From Desulfurococcaceae archaeon (GTDB lineage Archaea > Thermoproteota > Thermoprotei_A > Sulfolobales > Desulfurococcaceae): DNA of 64,000 bases. A model generated the notes under the pieces. The model worked only from the letters and a program-made list of their open reading frames with translations. It ran no database searches and had not been told where the DNA came from. The position numbers were made by a program, and so were the translations under genes. Positions 41,730 to 51,134 of the stretch are shown here, in pieces. The first letter of the stretch is position 1. Each line of letters starts with the position of its first letter. The DNA is taken from contig JAPWUD010000004.1 in NCBI GenBank assembly GCA_028275705.1, positions 22,001-86,000 of the forward strand. The letters are read 5' to 3'.

Positions 41730-42833
41730 TTAACGATACCCAGCTAAAACTAATTGCTCGACTAATCCAACATTGCTGCTATCAACGATTGAGCCTCCAG
41801 TATCTATGTATAGACCCTGGAACCCATACTTCTTACTGAGCACTAGGTTTAGAACGGTCATGAATCCCTGTAGGTATGGCTGCTGATCGATAACCATTTG
41901 TACATACCCATCTTTAATGCCTTTCACTGATCCAGGCGTTAAGTCGAATCCTACAACTATTATTTCACCTGGACTCTTACCAGCAGACCTCATGTAATCA
42001 GCTGCAGCGGATGTTGTGCCACCTCCATCAAACACTATTAATTTAACATCGGGGTGTGCTGCTAGATAGCCTGTTACATATGGTATTCCCTCGGATGGAC
42101 TGCCATAAACGGCTGGTGGATGAGAAACTCTGTCGACTACTAAGCCTGCCGCTTTTAATGCATCTTCACACCCAACAGCGCGTAATGCACGTGCCGGCTG
42201 CTCCCAACTGCCGGAGAATATAGCTGCACGTACTCCTGCCTTAAGAACATTGCTATACTTCTGAACGGCTGTTTTACATAGAGTGTAACCAGATTGATAT
42301 AGGTTTTGACCAACGTATCCAGTATACCAGTACTTTGCCCTCAACTCTGGTATATCTACATTAGCTAGTGTTACGAGTATACCACTACTAGCTGCTTGCT
42401 CAAACAATGGCGCTAAGGCGTCGAGTCCAGGGTGACCCATAACGACAATACCGTCTGGGCGGGCTGCTATAGCCTTAGAGAATTCTTCAATCATTTTCGC
42501 GGGATCCCACTCTGTGTGGACATAGACTAGTTTTACTCCTAGGAGATTAGCTGCGTCTGTAGCCCCCTTATAGAGTCTCGCATCGAATGGGTCTCCAGCT
42601 CCACCACCTATCCAATATATTGTTAACCCAGTGCCGGGTAGCGTTGGGGAGACAGTGACGGTCTGTGTTTGAGTCTGAGTAGTTGTAACTGTAGCTGTTG
42701 CACCAGTTGTAATAGTTTGCGTAACACCAGCTGGTGCTGAGAAATACCCCACTACCCCTGCTATTATTGCAACTAGAATTACAACTATTATGAAAACCGA
42801 AGTAGAGACGCCTTTAGGTTGAGTAGCCAACAC
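41730..42833 (-). CDS. Monosaccharide ABC substrate-binding protein
   Basis: TM helix plus Thr linker; DPF, PDGIV, YVGQ, GFDL, IDQQPYLQG, IDTG. Confidence 0.9.
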   Translation of the reverse strand: MLATQPKGVSTSVFIIVVILVAIIAGVVGYFSAPAGVTQTITTGATATVTTTQTQTQTVTVSPTLPGTGLTIYWIGGGAGDPFDARLYKGATDAANLLGVKLVYVHTEWDPAKMIEEFSKAIAARPDGIVVMGHPGLDALAPLFEQAASSGILVTLANVDIPELRAKYWYTGYVGQNLYQSGYTLCKTAVQKYSNVLKAGVRAAIFSGSWEQPARALRAVGCEDALKAAGLVVDRVSHPPAVYGSPSEGIPYVTGYLAAHPDVKLIVFDGGGTTSAAADYMRSAGKSPGEIIVVGFDLTPGSVKGIKDGYVQMVIDQQPYLQGFMTVLNLVLSKKYGFQGLYIDTGGSIVDSSNVGLVEQLVLAGYR

Positions 42834-42924
42834 TATCGCCTCTAGAGTACACCTTCGATTGATGCGTATATATACCTAGTCTTATAAACTTTACTAATAT
42901 GTAAACTCCATATTTGTAACCACG

Positions 42925-44307
42925 CTAAAGCTCGTAGAACTCTAGATCAAGTAGTTGAGACAGAGTTCTTAAAGCGTTAACGTAGTCTCCTCTAATTAAT
43001 ACCATGTGATGTCCAAAAGCACTACGACTCACTCTCTTCGCGTCTCCAACTCTGACGCGAACAGTCACTCTGCAGTGTACTGTATCATGTGTACTAATGA
43101 CTTCTCCACGTGTTGCCCAAATTTTATCCATATTCCAGTGCATACCAGCCAATGTAACTTTTAACCCTGCTTGTAGCTCAGTGTACGGTGTTGCCCCTAT
43201 TTTCATGTCGTGGTAGTCTTTAATGGTGTAGCTACAGCTTGGGCAACTATAGCTTGGGGGAACTACATCGTGATTTATTGTCACAATATTGTGCTCTATA
43301 TCCCAGTGTGTAACGTTTTCATTTAAATTACCCATAAATGCAGCATCTCCGGATGCGGCCATTAAAATAGTCATAGTTAGTAAAGTGGGCAAGTCAGCCT
43401 CGCACCCTACAGGTATTCCTTCATCTAGCAACATGGAGTAAGCTAAGCAGGGGACGTACTTAATATCTGGGAGGGCTGGACACTCCAATGTAAGTGCGTT
43501 TGCACTGTGTTTTTCTAGTAGCTTCTTTAGCCCTACATATATTCTCCCGTAATCTGTGAAGTCTTTTCTCAAATGCTCTGCTACAATGTACTTCCGCAGC
43601 CATTGCTCAGCTACTCCTCCCGCTTCTTCAGGCATAGTGCTTTTAACTGCTTCAATATACTCGCTTATATCTACCTTAATTATTTTAATGCCAAATTTCT
43701 CCTCAATTACTCTAAATGAAACGTCCTTTGGAGCTGTAACGCTTCTAGGTGGGTATTCGCCAATGTATAGTATTCTGAGGTGTTTTAGAAATCTTAGTGC
43801 ACGTAGAGCTCTGATTAAATCAAGTACTTCTTCATAGCCCATAGGTACTATGTACTTGACTCCCTTAAACCTATTTAACCTAAACCTTGAAAGCCTTCCA
43901 TGTATGCTGTAACCCCAGTGATCCCACTCGGCTATTAAAGGCTTACCCCTATGTGCTATAGCTTCAAGTAGTTCTTCGCTGGTTAACCAGTCCTCCATAT
44001 CACCTATTACATATGCATCTGCATCATCGGATAATTTACTAACATCGGGTATAGTGTGGACTTCCACAGGCTCAAGTAGCGATACAAGTCCCCTTTCAAC
44101 AAGGTTTTTGATGTCAACATTCTCCGGCGGCGTCTCAACCGCTCTAACTTGATCCCTCGGCTTCTTTGGACCATAAACCCACGTATACTTCGCTACTGGT
44201 AATTCATCACTACTCCAGAATTCTAGAGCACTCTTCATTTTAATCCTCTGTAGTAGGGGTTTAATAGTCCTCGTATTGTATAGCTCATAGTATTTCACAG
44301 TGATCAC
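42925..44307 (-). CDS. L-fucose/L-arabinose isomerase superfamily protein (paralogue 2)
   Basis: ALTLEC, PCLAYS.L, GCEADL, NH, CR, FGHHMVLIRGDY. Confidence 0.78.
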   Translation of the reverse strand: MITVKYYELYNTRTIKPLLQRIKMKSALEFWSSDELPVAKYTWVYGPKKPRDQVRAVETPPENVDIKNLVERGLVSLLEPVEVHTIPDVSKLSDDADAYVIGDMEDWLTSEELLEAIAHRGKPLIAEWDHWGYSIHGRLSRFRLNRFKGVKYIVPMGYEEVLDLIRALRALRFLKHLRILYIGEYPPRSVTAPKDVSFRVIEEKFGIKIIKVDISEYIEAVKSTMPEEAGGVAEQWLRKYIVAEHLRKDFTDYGRIYVGLKKLLEKHSANALTLECPALPDIKYVPCLAYSMLLDEGIPVGCEADLPTLLTMTILMAASGDAAFMGNLNENVTHWDIEHNIVTINHDVVPPSYSCPSCSYTIKDYHDMKIGATPYTELQAGLKVTLAGMHWNMDKIWATRGEVISTHDTVHCRVTVRVRVGDAKRVSRSAFGHHMVLIRGDYVNALRTLSQLLDLEFYEL

Positions 44308-44310
44308 CCT

Positions 44311-45675
44311 CTACTTATCCTCCTCCACTACTCTTAAACCCATTAATCTAGCTACATTAATAAACTCATCTCTATAGTCACCGAGGAATACCACTCTATG
44401 CCAACCACTCCTACGCCTCCAATTCAAAACAATTCTACATACATTAGCCTTAGCTACTAGTTTATTGCTACATGCATAAATGCTCTCCTCTAAGCCAACT
44501 AATTCCGAGGTGTGGATGGTTAATGTCTTCTCGTCTAGGCTTAACCCAACAGCTGTGATTTTCACGCCTGGTTTAAATAGAACTCTTAGAGAAGCCTTTT
44601 TCTCACCTAAGTGAGCTGGTGTAATCACGTAGGGATACTCTTGTTTAACTCCTCCAAGTGGGTTTGTTGGTGCATAACAGTGGTAGTACACTATTTCACT
44701 CTTTAATTCATCCACAGCGGGGTCTGTTATGAAGCCGTTTACATTGAGTAGGTATTTGCCAATCATGAGGATTATTGCTGATGATACATCTGCTTCGCAA
44801 ACAGGTATTATGCCATCATACCACAACTGCATGTAGGCTAGGCAAGGCCAGGCATCTAGTTCACCCGTGTTTCTCAACACTATGCAGTCTAGTGCAACTA
44901 TGTTTGCTTTTCTCTCCTCGGCGGCTCTCTTGATCGCTAGGTACAATCTAGCACTTCTAAGTATTTCACCATATTCTTTTTCAAAGTTACTAGAACTCTC
45001 CATAATCCACTTCTTAGCAACCTCCTCAGCCTCAGCTTGGTTTACTCTATTATAATAATGCTCCCTAAACTCCGATGAATCCATTACTATGTATGATGCC
45101 CCAGTCAAGCCTGCAAGTTGCTTCAATAAACCATAAACATCAACGCTTAAGGGATACTCTAAACTAAGGTAGTACTTGGCAGCTTTTGGGACAATGAACA
45201 GTAATCTTGCCTCCCGCATTTTATCCAGTAGGGCAATGTATTGTACCATTCTCCGGAGTAGTACAGGGTCATGAGGCTCCCTAGTAGAAACCCCTATCAC
45301 TGGGTAACCCTTCTCAACAGCTTCACCATACTCTAATACGTAATCCCCTGAACCACCATATGTCTCATTTATCAATACCAGTGGTTTACGCAGCTCGATA
45401 AGTGGCTTCAAAAGACCTGAAATACAATTCAATACAAACACTAAGTAGCCTGGTGCACTGGCTTCTCTAGATATCGCCTCCCTGAGATCACTCACATCCC
45501 TTACGTAGTAGTATGAAAACTCAACCTCACCACAGCACTCTTTAAGAGAATTCTTTATACTATTAGTAACTCTATCAAACCACTCCACAGCTGCGTGAGG
45601 ACCCCCTATCGCACCCTCTGGGTTAACAATAAATAAAACCGGTATTCGAGTTGAATGCCCAACCACAGAGTACAC
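44311..45675 (-). CDS. L-fucose/L-arabinose isomerase superfamily protein (paralogue 1)
   Basis: ALDC, WPCLA, CEADV, ITDP, YHC.AP, ACSNK, GWHRVVFLGDY. Confidence 0.78.
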   Translation of the reverse strand: MYSVVGHSTRIPVLFIVNPEGAIGGPHAAVEWFDRVTNSIKNSLKECCGEVEFSYYYVRDVSDLREAISREASAPGYLVFVLNCISGLLKPLIELRKPLVLINETYGGSGDYVLEYGEAVEKGYPVIGVSTREPHDPVLLRRMVQYIALLDKMREARLLFIVPKAAKYYLSLEYPLSVDVYGLLKQLAGLTGASYIVMDSSEFREHYYNRVNQAEAEEVAKKWIMESSSNFEKEYGEILRSARLYLAIKRAAEERKANIVALDCIVLRNTGELDAWPCLAYMQLWYDGIIPVCEADVSSAIILMIGKYLLNVNGFITDPAVDELKSEIVYYHCYAPTNPLGGVKQEYPYVITPAHLGEKKASLRVLFKPGVKITAVGLSLDEKTLTIHTSELVGLEESIYACSNKLVAKANVCRIVLNWRRRSGWHRVVFLGDYRDEFINVARLMGLRVVEEDK

Positions 45676-45992
45676 CTTTCCACATACATAACTATAAAGC
45701 CTTACTTAATAATTCTCTCAAGTATGCTGATCCATGGAATCCAGCATACATTATCTATTAAATTTATCTACATGTTCTATCCTCTAGAAGAATTAAATGC
45801 TCCACATTTATTTTAAATAATACTCATCTCAACTACTCTGTTATTACGGGACATTCTCTTTCACTATTTTTATAGTTATTTTATAGTTATAGTACGAGCG
45901 TGTTCTAGGGATTTTGAGAAAACGAGGGTTTTGTCGTTGGATTGGACAATAATTCCGGAATATTCTAGAGAAAAAGTCTATATGAAAAATTG

Positions 45993-46889
45993 TTAAATCG
46001 ATATTACAGTATATGGGTATAGTTTAGGAGCGGCTGCGACAAGTAATTCAAATATCTTATAGGCTTCTACAATATCGTTTGCACGGTATTTAATGGTCTT
46101 TCCATCAACTCTGTTGACGATTGGTAGCAACTCAGCTATATCAGCCATCTCCGTGCCTAAAAACCTTACTTCAACCTCGACGGGTGTATTTGGCTTTAGT
46201 ATTTTCATTTCTCCTCTTTTAAATCTATAGACAGCATTTTCAACTGCTTTTTCAAGTTCTTTCTCTATTTTAGAAAGACTAGGATTTACTGATGCGAATC
46301 TTGAGAGCGATTGCTTAAACACTACCTTCTCAGCCCACGGGGTAAACCTTGATACATCTTCTTCTATTAGGGCTTTATCGCCGGCTACCATTACTACTGG
46401 AACGTTGTAATGACCCGCTACATATGCATTAAACAAGAACTCGCTTGCAGGGATGCCATTGATTTTAACATAGTCTATTGTAGCACTACTATATGTGTGA
46501 TCGAAGTTTGATTTCAATGTACCTGCTTTAGCGTGATACCCTAGAAACACAGCTACATCGGCTTTCTCCACGCCTACCACCATACTGAGAGGTCTAGGAA
46601 AACCACGTATGAACGTGATATATTCTGGTAGATTTTCTACTTCAAGGTTGATCATGGGTCCATGGCTATCCGCTATAAATACTTCTTCGAAGCCATTTCT
46701 ATGAAACGCCTCTGCTGTCAATAGGGTTATTTTAGTGGCTATTCTTCTAGCCTCGCTGAATAACGCCCCTTTAAGGAACGTGTGTTCACCTGAAACAATA
46801 AAGGGCATTCCCTCTATATCTACGGATATAAATACCTTCATGATATACGCCCTATTATTTAATAGAAGGTAGAGATAAAAATAAATCAT
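45993..46889 (-). CDS. dppA: D-aminopeptidase (peptidase M55, DppA-like)
   Basis: MKVFISVDIEG, DSHG, GYHA, HTYS, SE, GD; real start at the MKVF Met. Confidence 0.92.
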   Translation of the reverse strand: MIYFYLYLLLNNRAYIMKVFISVDIEGMPFIVSGEHTFLKGALFSEARRIATKITLLTAEAFHRNGFEEVFIADSHGPMINLEVENLPEYITFIRGFPRPLSMVVGVEKADVAVFLGYHAKAGTLKSNFDHTYSSATIDYVKINGIPASEFLFNAYVAGHYNVPVVMVAGDKALIEEDVSRFTPWAEKVVFKQSLSRFASVNPSLSKIEKELEKAVENAVYRFKRGEMKILKPNTPVEVEVRFLGTEMADIAELLPIVNRVDGKTIKYRANDIVEAYKIFELLVAAAPKLYPYTVISI

Positions 46890-46911
46890 CTAAATATAAA
46901 TACTCTTCTAC

Positions 46912-48342
46912 TTACTTCTTGCCGAAGATTTCATCATAGTATTCTCCTAGTAGTCCTCTACCTATTTTTTCAACACCCAACTCCTTGATTCTATTTCTGA
47001 CGTATACCAAGTATATTACAATACCAAGCAATACCCAGGCGATGAGGAGAACGTATTCGTAGGGCCACACGAGACTAATATCAGTACCAGGTATAAGTGG
47101 GGTTACCACCACTATTAATCCCACAATGAGAGCTATGGCGCCAGTGACGTATACTGCTGGAACGCTGAAAGGTCGTTTTAAATGTGGATACTTCCTTCTA
47201 CATATAATCATTGTTATAACCGCTGTTAACCAGCAAACACCCAGTGCAACACCGCCTATATCGAGAAACCACACAAGTCCCCTTCTACCAAGTAAACCTA
47301 GAATTAGTGATATTATGAGTGTAAATAACAATGCTCTAGTAGGTACACCGTATTTTGGATGAAGTTTTTCAAATTGCTTTGGGAATAGTCCACCTCTGGA
47401 GAGGGAATAAATCATCCTAGATACAGTCATCATAGCAGGTATCCACGATGTAACAAGCCCTAAGAACGACGCTAACCACGCTACAGATCCCAGGGCAGGG
47501 TGGATGCTTGCGAGTTCATCTATTAATCCACGTGGTGCTACTTGAGAAGAACCCTGCCAAGGTATTAACAATGAACCGCAGAACATCATTAACATGTACC
47601 AGCAACCCGCCAGTGCAGCGCTTAAAGCAACTAGGTATCCAAATCTACGTGGAGAGACCTTAGTCTCCTCTGCTATCATAGGCAGCATTTCAAAGCCTGA
47701 CAAATAACCTATACCCATTAGTGCAAATCTAAATGCCGCTGTTGCAGGAGGCATTTCTGGTTTAAATGGTGGTATGAAATTACTAAGTGAGCCACGTAGT
47801 GCTGCGACAATCACGATGATAACTCCGCATAGAACAAGCAATATGAATAAAGCTGTCTGAACATTACCAGTTAGTCTTGCCCCCATGTAGTTTAAAGCAA
47901 ATACTACTAGTGCCGATACATATCCAACAATTATCCATGGCAAGTAAACTGGGAAGCCGGCAACTTCATATAGGGGAATGGTGTTTAATTGGGGAAATAT
48001 CCAGCTGAGGAGGAAAGCAATACCTATGACGTAAAATGAGAGTGCAGCAGCCAGCATGCCGAGGAGGAACATCCATGCTATGAAGTATGAGCCGACCGGA
48101 CCTATTGCTGGATATACGAATGCTACTTCTCCACCCTCTCTCGGTATAGCTGATCCCATCTCCGAGTAAGCCAGTGCGATGAGCGAAGCCATTACCGTGG
48201 CTACAAAATACCCTAGAATTACTCCCCCAGGCCCATACATATCATAAAACGTCGTATTTAGATACACCCAGCTTGTCCCAATAATACCTGCTACTCCTAT
48301 AGCGAGAATGTGGTACCATTCAAGAACTCTTTTTAGAGACAT
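46912..48342 (-). CDS. APC-family amino acid/polyamine permease
   Basis: IIGTS, YSEMGSAIPREGG, GFE, AEE, SRMIYSLSR.G.FP, RPF. Confidence 0.92.
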   Translation of the reverse strand: MSLKRVLEWYHILAIGVAGIIGTSWVYLNTTFYDMYGPGGVILGYFVATVMASLIALAYSEMGSAIPREGGEVAFVYPAIGPVGSYFIAWMFLLGMLAAALSFYVIGIAFLLSWIFPQLNTIPLYEVAGFPVYLPWIIVGYVSALVVFALNYMGARLTGNVQTALFILLVLCGVIIVIVAALRGSLSNFIPPFKPEMPPATAAFRFALMGIGYLSGFEMLPMIAEETKVSPRRFGYLVALSAALAGCWYMLMMFCGSLLIPWQGSSQVAPRGLIDELASIHPALGSVAWLASFLGLVTSWIPAMMTVSRMIYSLSRGGLFPKQFEKLHPKYGVPTRALLFTLIISLILGLLGRRGLVWFLDIGGVALGVCWLTAVITMIICRRKYPHLKRPFSVPAVYVTGAIALIVGLIVVVTPLIPGTDISLVWPYEYVLLIAWVLLGIVIYLVYVRNRIKELGVEKIGRGLLGEYYDEIFGKK

Positions 48343-48654
48343 ATTTGTCCCCTATATATTTTAAGAAGTATTATTTAAAAAGCTTCACATGCTTGTCTAA
48401 CGCTGAGTAAAGTAACTATTTGTTCAAGCATTGCCTGGTAAATTACTAATATGTACACTGGGCCTCTTTACCACTCCTATTCTCCCAAGTAGAGGTCCTT
48501 GTGCATTGAGAGAACACACTATAATCAAAATACTTTAAACTTTCAATTTGATTTATTTAATGGAGATAGCAAAGAACCTGCATTTTATCGGTATCTGTTA
48601 TCTTTTCTTCAATGATGCCCACTATTTAAAACAACACATTATATACAAGTACAT

Positions 48655-48967
48655 GGGGTTTGGGTTTCATCGGACTTGATGCTGCTTGGGATTAAGCCCT
48701 CTCCCCTTGGCTTCACAGCCCACAGGATCCCTTTCACCTGGATCCATGTCACAGGGCTCTGCCCGCTCGGGGCAACCCCGACCCATAGCTCCCCCTTCAC
48801 TGCTTCCTCCGGGTCATCGCTGTGGGGAAACCCCCGCATCTTGACTCTCCCCAAACCCGCCTCTCTTGGGTCTTCACGATACACCTGCATCTCGAGGTGG
48901 CTTCCCAATAGAGGAAGCATCAACAATCCTTATAAACCTATATGAAACTCGACGCGGTTGCGAAGGG
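48655..48967 (-). mobile_element. IS607-type non-autonomous mini-element copy B
   Basis: Colinear with 31365-31679, including TTTATAA box, tnpB fragments and right end ATGAAACCCAAACCCC. Confidence 0.82.
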
Positions 48968-49005
48968 CATTAGAGAATAAAGAAATGAGATAAAAACCCT
49001 ATTTG

Positions 49006-50043
49006 TTATTCAAAGTTTGCCTTTAAAACTCTTATGACATTTTCATAGGCTATTTTGTTGATGTCTTTTTCAGAGAGACCTTTCTCGAGGAGTTTACTGT
49101 ATAGATGTGGTAGTTTATCAATGCTTTCAAAGCCTTCTGGTGCAGGTAAACCCAGTAATCCAAGGAAATCAGTACCAATGGCCATTACGTCGGCTCCATA
49201 TCTCTCATATACATATATAAAGTGCTGTATTAGGTCGTCTAGTGTTGGTTTTGGTTTACTCGATATTAATGGGCCAATAGCTGAGAAGCCTATTACACCT
49301 TTATTTTTGTGGAGCAATTCAAGGACGTCATCATCAACATTTCTAGCTTTATCCACTATTCTCCTTACATTTGCGTGGCTAATTATTACTGGTTTTTTAC
49401 TAACTTCTAGTACGTCTATTGCTGTTTTCTTACTGGCGTGAGCAACGTCAACCACTATTCCCAGCTTATTAGCTGTTTTAACTAGTTCCTCACCATCAGG
49501 TGTTAAACCCAAGTCTTTGCTAACTCCACACCCAGTTCCATACTTATTCATATAATTCCATGTTATACCTATACTTCTCAATCCAAGTTTCTTTAAGATA
49601 ACTAAGTCGTATGGTTCGTCAAGAGCCTCCGCTCCCTCTAAATGCAGTAGGAAACATAGCTCTTTCTTGTTTTTCAGGCAATTCTCTAGATCACCTGTGT
49701 TCTCCACTATTTTGATCCCATAAGTCTCGGCCATTTTGTAATATATCGATATATGCTCCCATAGTATTGACTGTGGGACTCTATATCTCGTAGCTGGCAA
49801 CCATTTACCATATAGATTCAGCAATGCCTTTGACTCCTCGGGGCCAAATGTCTCTATTCCTGGAAATATAGCTGCAAACACACACTTTATGTTTGCCCTT
49901 CTATATTTAGGAATATCGGCATCGCGTCCGGGGATATCCTCGCTAAAATCCCCTAGAGGAGCTCCACCTCCATGGTATAGGAAGTAGGCTGAGATATCTT
50001 CATGTAGATCTATTGAAGGGGGAAGATTAGCTAGTTTATTCAA
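49006..50043 (-). CDS. Membrane dipeptidase (peptidase M19)
   Basis: DLHED, LEGA, ITWN..N, DVAHAS, SHAN, RNVDD, GTDF.G. Confidence 0.92.
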   Translation of the reverse strand: MNKLANLPPSIDLHEDISAYFLYHGGGAPLGDFSEDIPGRDADIPKYRRANIKCVFAAIFPGIETFGPEESKALLNLYGKWLPATRYRVPQSILWEHISIYYKMAETYGIKIVENTGDLENCLKNKKELCFLLHLEGAEALDEPYDLVILKKLGLRSIGITWNYMNKYGTGCGVSKDLGLTPDGEELVKTANKLGIVVDVAHASKKTAIDVLEVSKKPVIISHANVRRIVDKARNVDDDVLELLHKNKGVIGFSAIGPLISSKPKPTLDDLIQHFIYVYERYGADVMAIGTDFLGLLGLPAPEGFESIDKLPHLYSKLLEKGLSEKDINKIAYENVIRVLKANFE

Positions 50044-50370
50044 TGCCTACACCTCACAAAGTGTCTTTAGTATATCACCCCTATATAAATAGTCACTAAA
50101 AACTACCATTTACTCTTCCACATATATTGGTTTGGTGTTTTAATACTTCACGAGTTTGCAAGCTCCTCGTGAAGGGTATATTCTGGGTCTATGCTTGATC
50201 TCCTCTTAATAATGTGTTTATTCGTTAATAGTCTAGTGTCTTAAGTATGGTTAGCAAAGTACTATAAGAGTAAATAAAATCAACTATATTATTACTCGCG
50301 AAGATGGATTTTAAGTCCTTGCAGAAATGAGTGAGAAGGGGTTTAGTGCGATTGAAGGCGGTGTAATGAA

Positions 50371-50820
50371 GTGAGTATCGTCTTGCTCTCCATCAAGCCC
50401 AGGTTTGCTGAGGAGATCTTATCTGGGAATAAACGCTTTGAGCTTAGAGCGGGCTCGGGAATACCCTCGGGGGCTAGGGTGGTCCTGTATGTCTCTAGTC
50501 CTGTAAAGGCCATTATAGGTGAATTCACGGCTGGAAGAGTATTTACCGGTAGCTACGATTACGTGGTCAAGGTCGTGAGCAGAACTCCGTGTTCTGGTGT
50601 GAGCGAGGAAGACTATGGCTATATTAGGGGTAGAAAGAGAAAGGTCATGGCGATTGAAGTGCTTAATCCTATGAGGTATTGTAAGTATGTATCGCTCGGG
50701 GAGCTTAGATTGGTGGGGCTTAAAAACCCACCGAGGAGCTACCAATTCCTGCACCCCGAGAACCCAGTACATATGGCTGTACTCGAGCTCGTGGATAGAG
50801 CACGTGAGTGTAGACTCTAG
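50371..50820 (+). CDS. ASCH/PUA-like domain protein (COG4933-like)
   Basis: LLSIKPRFAEEILSGNKRFELR, YVSSPVKAIIGEF, PPRSY. Confidence 0.88.
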   Translation: MSIVLLSIKPRFAEEILSGNKRFELRAGSGIPSGARVVLYVSSPVKAIIGEFTAGRVFTGSYDYVVKVVSRTPCSGVSEEDYGYIRGRKRKVMAIEVLNPMRYCKYVSLGELRLVGLKNPPRSYQFLHPENPVHMAVLELVDRARECRL

Positions 50821-51134
50821 CGTTTACTTATCCTCTCGTATTGTGGATTCTTGAGTCGATAAATATGAAAATAAAGTTATACGAGCTGTTTTGTTTAATG
50901 GGTACTTTTAATAGTCCCTCTTGAAAACCATGGATATTTATGATTAATTCACGGGGTATTCACAGCTAAAGCGCTCTCTTTGAGGAGTTGTTAGTTGCTA
51001 GAAGATGGTTTTTAGTAGTAATCCCAAATAGTGGTTAAGATCACTTTAAGTAGATGCAGAAGTTACTTATTTAGGCATCATGATGAATTATAGCCTTTAT
51101 TTAATATAAGCGAAGAAGAGAATATTTTTTATGG

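Noticed and set aside
45865..45893. Short tandem TATTTTTATAGT duplication
   Set aside because: Low-complexity slippage in AT-rich intergenic DNA; no supporting context.
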